From contig CAVRDX010000001.1 of the NCBI GenBank assembly GCA_963719945.1, positions 544,001 to 608,000 on the forward strand: DNA of 64,000 bases, read 5' to 3'. The translations under genes and the position numbers were made by a program. Below are positions 59,021 to 64,000 of this stretch, in pieces. The stretch comes from an uncultured Thermoplasmata archaeon (lineage in GTDB: Archaea > Thermoplasmatota > Thermoplasmata > UBA10834). The notes under the pieces were generated by a model that saw only the letters and a list, made by a program, of their open reading frames with translations, was not told the origin of the DNA and searched no databases. Within the stretch, counting starts at the first letter, position 1. Each line of letters opens with the position of its first letter.

Positions 59021-59788
59021 TCACTGCGCCGTGAGGCCGCCGTCCACTGACAATGCTGCTCCGGTCACGAATGAGGAATCATCAGAAGCCAGGAATAGAA
59101 CCGCCCTCGCCACCTCATCAGCTCGACCGACGCGCCCTATGGGATGTTCCTCGTTCATCCGCTTCAGATAGACCTTCGGTTCCCCCGATGCCTTTGCCTC
59201 GTATGCTAGCATGGGAGTATCAATCGTGCCAGGATTAACAGAATTGACGCGGATATTGTGTTGGGCATAGTCAAGGGCCATCGCTTTCGTCATGATTGTC
59301 ACACCACCCTTCGAAGCGCAGTATGCAGGGCAATTACGATTGCCTACGAGACCTGCATCTGATGAATTGTTGACAATGACCCCTCCGCCGTTCCTCTTCA
59401 TGTATGGCACTGCATATTTCACCATGAGGAATACGCCCTTCAAATTCGTATCAATCACCCGATCCCACTCGAGCTCGGTCGTATCCTCCGCAAGCTTCTC
59501 GATGTACACCCCAGCGTTATTGAAGAGAATGTCGATGTGACCATACCTTGTAGCCGTCGCCTTCACGATCCTACGCGCATCACTGCTCTTGGACACATCA
59601 CCTTTCAGGAAGATCACATCACCAAGATTCTTCAGATCATTGATTGCTCTGTCCCCCTTCCGCTTCGAACGACCAGTGATTGCGACTCGAGCACCTTCTT
59701 GAAGAAACAGTCTCGCGGTCGCATAACCTATCCCTTCAGAACCACCAGTTATGAGCGCGACTCTCTCAGCCAGCTTCATCATACTCAT
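59021..59788 (-). CDS. Short-chain dehydrogenase/reductase (paralog of 51232-52005)
   Basis: TGGSEGIG, NNAG, YCASK, VDGG. Confidence 0.94.
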   Translation of the reverse strand: MSMMKLAERVALITGGSEGIGYATARLFLQEGARVAITGRSKRKGDRAINDLKNLGDVIFLKGDVSKSSDARRIVKATATRYGHIDILFNNAGVYIEKLAEDTTELEWDRVIDTNLKGVFLMVKYAVPYMKRNGGGVIVNNSSDAGLVGNRNCPAYCASKGGVTIMTKAMALDYAQHNIRVNSVNPGTIDTPMLAYEAKASGEPKVYLKRMNEEHPIGRVGRADEVARAVLFLASDDSSFVTGAALSVDGGLTAQ

Positions 59789-59852
59789 ATGATGAACCGG
59801 CAAGCTACAAAATAAACGTTCTGGAATCAGGATCTAAAATCATCTAGGCGGC

Positions 59853-61175
59853 TCACTTCGCAGATGTCATGGGCAGCGCCACTCGGAAAATGCACCCCTT
59901 GGAATGGTTTCCCGGGACCCTGTCTTCGACCCAGACCATGCCATGATAGGCTTCGACAATCGCTCTGACGATCGATAGGCCTAGGCCGCTAGCAGGCTGG
60001 CTGTCCTCTTCGCGATTGAACCTTCCGAAGACCAGGTTCTTCTTCGAATCTGGTATTCCGATGCCGTTATCTGCAATCGAAACGCACCAGTATCTCCTAT
60101 AATCTACGAAGAATTCGCCTATGCTGACTTCCACTTTCAAATTCTCATGCGGATCGTATTCGACAGCATTGCGTAATAAGTTCACGAATATCTCTTTCGC
60201 GAGCTCGTTGCCTTGAACAAAATATCTATGATTGCCAAGGGCGAGGTCGATCGTGACCTTAGATTCGAATGGTTCACGGAGAATTTCTGCTGAGCTCTCC
60301 TTCAAAACCTCACCGAGCTCGACAGGGCCCATGTTATTTGCGCCTTCCTCTTCTATCCGAGTGAGCTTGCTCGCTCTCTGGATAAGCTCACTGATGGACC
60401 ACGCAGATGAGGAAGCACGGTCGAGATATTTCCTTGTGCGGTCAGGGATGGATTCCTCGTTCAGTGCCATCGCCATGTAGCTGGTCACTGCTTGGTTGAA
60501 ATTGTTGATATCATGAGCGATTATGTCTGCCAGGAACCTGGATCGCTTGGCGATCTCCACCTGTTCCTGGAACATCTTGGCATTCTCGATGGCAACTCCT
60601 GCGAGCTGTGAGAATATCTGCATTGCCTCAAGGGTCTCTTTATCGAAGATATTCTTTGACAATGGCTCGACGATCTCGATGTACCCCTTGGGTGAGCTTT
60701 CCTTGTCGGTGAACACCAGTTTGAGATAATCCAGTTCGTGCCATTCATCCGAATTAGTCCTTGGCTTGGTGATATCCTGGATATTGAAGTAGAATGGTTC
60801 GTCGGATTTTACGAATTCCTCGGGGCCAGGCTGGACGAAATAGACACCGTCGAGTATCCTGTACTTCTCATCCAAATCCTTCCTCATCCTTTCGAGGCTG
60901 TGAGTGATCTTCTTTATCTTCTCGACCTTTGCATCATCATAACCATGAGTCGCCCTAATTCTGAAGACTTGCTCATTTTCATCCAGTACTGATATGAACA
61001 ACGCCCGGATTGAGAATAGATCTGCAACAGTTGATGCAATTTTCTGAAGGACGGAATCGAGATGCTCAACAGACATGACGTCGGAAACTACGCTAAGCAT
61101 CTCCCCTGCAAATCTAGGGGGAGTTGACCCGCGCTTCACCACGGGCTTACGCTTGACCTTATCAGTATTCCCCAT
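59853..61175 (-). CDS. GAF histidine kinase
   Basis: WHELD GAF; AHDINN; NAVEY, DNGIG, GLGL. Confidence 0.9.
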   Translation of the reverse strand: MGNTDKVKRKPVVKRGSTPPRFAGEMLSVVSDVMSVEHLDSVLQKIASTVADLFSIRALFISVLDENEQVFRIRATHGYDDAKVEKIKKITHSLERMRKDLDEKYRILDGVYFVQPGPEEFVKSDEPFYFNIQDITKPRTNSDEWHELDYLKLVFTDKESSPKGYIEIVEPLSKNIFDKETLEAMQIFSQLAGVAIENAKMFQEQVEIAKRSRFLADIIAHDINNFNQAVTSYMAMALNEESIPDRTRKYLDRASSSAWSISELIQRASKLTRIEEEGANNMGPVELGEVLKESSAEILREPFESKVTIDLALGNHRYFVQGNELAKEIFVNLLRNAVEYDPHENLKVEVSIGEFFVDYRRYWCVSIADNGIGIPDSKKNLVFGRFNREEDSQPASGLGLSIVRAIVEAYHGMVWVEDRVPGNHSKGCIFRVALPMTSAK

Positions 61176-61392
61176 CACGCATCCCCAGACGGTCCCTTAG
61201 GCCATATTGAGTGAAACACTCCCGCCTATTATAACTTTCGTGAAGGGCTTGGCAATTTTCTAACACCATTGACACGATTTCTATTCACTCTGGCACGAGC
61301 GACGAATCAATCACGGGACAAGCTTCTGTGCATCGATTTGGAGTACAAACAACCTAAATATTCGTACAAAGATTCACGCCAGGAGAGGGATC

Positions 61393-61653
61393 ATGGCCGA
61401 AGAGATTGAAATCGGAAGAGTGACAATATTCTTCGCCAAGCCCAGCGTGGCTGCGGTGGAGATCACTTCCGGCAGCCTTTCGCTCGGTGAAGTGATTCGT
61501 ATAAAGGGTTCGACCACCGATTTTGAGCAGAAGGTCGAGTCCATGGAAATCGAACGAAAACCTGTCACGATTGTGAGTGTGGGTCAATCAGCGGGGATAA
61601 AGGTCAAAGACCGCGTGAGACCTCATGACAAGATTTTCAAGTTGAAGGTGTAG
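61393..61653 (+). CDS. Small translation-factor-like beta-barrel protein
   Basis: IGRVTIFFAKPSVA, IKGSTTDFEQKVESME, GIKVKDRVRPHD; GGAGAGG RBS. Confidence 0.82.
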   Translation: MAEEIEIGRVTIFFAKPSVAAVEITSGSLSLGEVIRIKGSTTDFEQKVESMEIERKPVTIVSVGQSAGIKVKDRVRPHDKIFKLKV

Positions 61654-61686
61654 CTATAAGTGCAGAGAAATGAGATTCCCTGAGGC

Positions 61687-62589
61687 ATGAAGCCCTCAAT
61701 AATAGTCCACGGTGGTGCATGGGACATTCCTGACGCACTCGTTGGCGATCATATTTCTGGATGCAGGAAGGCTTCAGCGTATGCATATGACACATTATCC
61801 CGAGGTGGCACTGCTCTGGATGCTGTAGAGGCTGCCGTTGCGTCGATGGAAGATGACCCCATATTCGATGCAGGTGTCGGGTCAGTCCTGAATCAAACTG
61901 GGAAAGTGGAGATGGACGCGATGATAATGGACGGAGCCACTCTCGGATCAGGAGCTGTGGCAGCCATGAGAAACGTCAGGAACCCCATCCGTGTCGCTCG
62001 GAAGCTGCTTGATACGACACAATTCTCAATGCTCGTAGGAGAAGGTGCTTTCGATTTCGCCATGAAGTGTGGCTTTGTGGAATGTACCGAAGAGGAACTC
62101 CTGGTCGGGCGGGAACTCGAGGATTATAGAGAATTCCTCAAGACAGGAGTACTCAGGACAAGACGGTTCTTTTCGGGTACGGATACTGTGGGTGCGTGCG
62201 CAATCGATGTCGAAGGACATCTAGCCTGTGCAACCTCCACTGGCGGCACTTCTAGAAAGATGGCCGGAAGGGTCGGCGATTCGCCGATCATTGGATGCGG
62301 GGGATATGCAGACGACACGCTGGGAGCTGCATCTAGTACTGGCTGGGGAGAGAAGATCATGGCCGTCGTGCTCGCGAAGACGGCGATTGACATGCTGTCA
62401 GGCGACGACGACCCACAGGCAGCTTCGGAAAGGGCCATTAACATCCTCAAAACGAGGGTAGACGGTATGGGAGGCCTGATAATGATCAACAGGTCTGGGA
62501 AGGTAGGCTATTTCCATAATACCCCGAGGATGGCTTTCGCATTCGTAGAGGGAAAGTCAGATTCCTCGATGGCGGGAATCAGTCTTTGA
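61687..62589 (+). CDS. Isoaspartyl peptidase/L-asparaginase (Ntn hydrolase)
   Basis: VHGGA, EMDA, DTVGA (Thr nucleophile), TSTGG, GRVGDSP. Confidence 0.94.
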   Translation: MKPSIIVHGGAWDIPDALVGDHISGCRKASAYAYDTLSRGGTALDAVEAAVASMEDDPIFDAGVGSVLNQTGKVEMDAMIMDGATLGSGAVAAMRNVRNPIRVARKLLDTTQFSMLVGEGAFDFAMKCGFVECTEEELLVGRELEDYREFLKTGVLRTRRFFSGTDTVGACAIDVEGHLACATSTGGTSRKMAGRVGDSPIIGCGGYADDTLGAASSTGWGEKIMAVVLAKTAIDMLSGDDDPQAASERAINILKTRVDGMGGLIMINRSGKVGYFHNTPRMAFAFVEGKSDSSMAGISL

Positions 62590-62598
62590 TGATTTTCA

Positions 62599-63459
62599 TC
62601 AGAATGAAAGACCATCTTTGTTGCTCAGACATGGAGAAGGACCGCACACAATCGACTCGACTTCTACGAGCAAGTCATCATGCTCTTTTCGAGATATCAT
62701 GAATGTCTTCCTCAGATTCTCGATTATTTCTACCTCGGGACCGGCCAGGATTCCGTCGGCTAACGCGATCTCAAGCACGCCCCGATATATGCGAAGGAAT
62801 TCCATCCTATCTTGAGCCAGTTGCTTCAGTATCTCCGTTTCCAGCTGCTTGTGCTGTTCATCAGACACGTTCAGGTGCTTCCGCAACTCTTCGATCAAGA
62901 ACCTTTCAGTCGCTGTAACCCGACCATCACGCCATGCGGTCTTCAATGCCCTGCGATAGGTATCCGTAGCCTGTTCCTTGCTCTCCAGCGCATTGCGCTT
63001 CTTTGTCTCGATGTTCCTGAGATCTGCCATATCCAAACGTCCACTCTTGATCGCCTCTCGCACAATATCACAGTATGTTATATGGACAGGAGTGCAGTCA
63101 TCGATCTCGGACAGTTTCATCCTCTTTGTTTTCCCGCCATCAACGACGTCGACGACGACTTTGCTCAACATGGAACGAAGTATGTCTGACTTCGCATAAC
63201 CATTCTGAGTAAGGTAATATCCGTTCATCCTCTGTTTCATGCCCTGGATGTGTGCCTTTCTCTCGACCACTAGAAGTTCGGAAATCAGGTCTTGGAGATA
63301 CTTGGACAGATGCTTCCTCTGAATACCAGTACAGAATGAGATGGTCTCTTGAATCAGGTCTGCAGGCAGTTCGTATCTGTCATCCATATGATTGAATTCC
63401 GAAAGGTAGAGCAAAATGCGTTCCTTGCTCGTGATCGATATCAAATCATCTATTGGCAT
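62599..63459 (-). CDS. wHTH protein fused to two TerB-like helical repeats
   Basis: N-terminal QETIS..GIQRKHLSKYL..YYLTQNG; AWRDGRVTATE..LRKHLNVS and ALADGILAGPE..LRKTFMIS. Confidence 0.7.
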   Translation of the reverse strand: MPIDDLISITSKERILLYLSEFNHMDDRYELPADLIQETISFCTGIQRKHLSKYLQDLISELLVVERKAHIQGMKQRMNGYYLTQNGYAKSDILRSMLSKVVVDVVDGGKTKRMKLSEIDDCTPVHITYCDIVREAIKSGRLDMADLRNIETKKRNALESKEQATDTYRRALKTAWRDGRVTATERFLIEELRKHLNVSDEQHKQLETEILKQLAQDRMEFLRIYRGVLEIALADGILAGPEVEIIENLRKTFMISRKEHDDLLVEVESIVCGPSPCLSNKDGLSF

Positions 63460-63559
63460 GCGAATGGAATTGGATTACCCCATATTTGCAGGTTGCTAGA
63501 TTCACAGAACCTCATGGGAAAGGATTAAGGCCGAATCCAGAGATAACAGGGAGAGCGAA

Positions 63560-63652
63560 ATGATCGATCGAAGAGCATTGCTGTTCCTATTCGTCGTGCT
63601 CATGGCGTCTTTTGCAGCTATTGCGCTCATAATCCTGGTAAGCGGGATGTAG
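63560..63652 (+). CDS. Putative 30-aa single-TM microprotein
   Basis: MIDRRALLFLFVVLMASFAAIALIILVSGM; GGGAGAG RBS; below the ORF-track cutoff. Confidence 0.55.
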   Translation: MIDRRALLFLFVVLMASFAAIALIILVSGM

Positions 63653-63944
63653 GCACCTTGTCGTCGGAGCGAAGCAGTCATCGACGAAATTAGACAGAAT
63701 GCATACGAAATCCGTTCATGATGACGGGATTCATCAGATATTTATGTTGTCGACACATTACAATTAATAATATATAATGCCACTTATTCTAAATCTATAC
63801 CCAGCATGAAATAATACGCCTCCTAGAAACGACATTTTTTCACAATTTCCACTCATTGCACAGTTTATATATTATTTATTGTATGTTACTCGGAGTAACG
63901 AGGAAAGCATCATATATCGCATCGATGTAAGGAGTGACGATAGC

Positions 63945-64000
63945 ATGCACGCAAACAAGTCCGCAACAATGGATTCATCCTCCCTAGATCGCGGACTCAT
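63945..64000 (+). CDS. Start of a gene truncated by the window edge
   Basis: GGAGTGA RBS then ATG CAC GCA..., open to the window end; AT-rich upstream region. Confidence 0.4.
   Translation, partial: MHANKSATMDSSSLDRGL

Noticed and set aside
1482-63199. Numerous antisense or alternate-frame ORFs in the supplied track
   Set aside because: Shadows of well-supported genes, with no independent motifs or RBS.

Overview
Gene-dense, moderately GC-rich archaeal chromosomal segment. The archaeal assignment rests on an archaeal-type RNase P RNA, an archaeal tRNA-Leu, deoxyhypusine synthase, pyruvoyl arginine decarboxylase, TATA boxes and GGAGGTGA-type RBSs. Gene content suggests Thermoplasmatota, but that is inference. 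No mobile element, prophage or CRISPR array was seen. Main blocks: CDF transporter (partial), dys, leuB-family dehydrogenase, tRNA-Leu(GAG), a non-pyrrolysine MttB, an ilvB-ilvN-ilvC-FAH-ilvE operon, a chemotaxis cluster (cheR divergent from MCP-cheW-cheY-cheB-cheA-cheC-cheD), rnpB, six GNATs, a clostripain, an MFS transporter, a (Cx3)n acidic secreted mini-protein, fluC-DUF190, four histidine kinases (three with an unusual 'WH(E/P)LD' GAF), a pdaD/DHS-paralog/class III aminotransferase polyamine cluster, a MoxR-vWA fusion, a ferritin-like protein, sdhCDAB, rubredoxin and hom. Top finding: an unannotated 26-codon leader peptide (9807-9887, 13/26 residues Leu/Val/Ile) directly upstream of ilvB. 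Its Leu-codon run is complementary to the ilvB Shine-Dalgarno region, which makes it a candidate ribosome-sensed, branched-chain amino acid translational attenuator in an archaeon. Several other structured 5' leaders (sdhC three-way junction, ferritin, aminotransferase, Cys-rich gene) suggest further RNA-level regulation. All family calls come from motif recognition by eye; no database searches were run.
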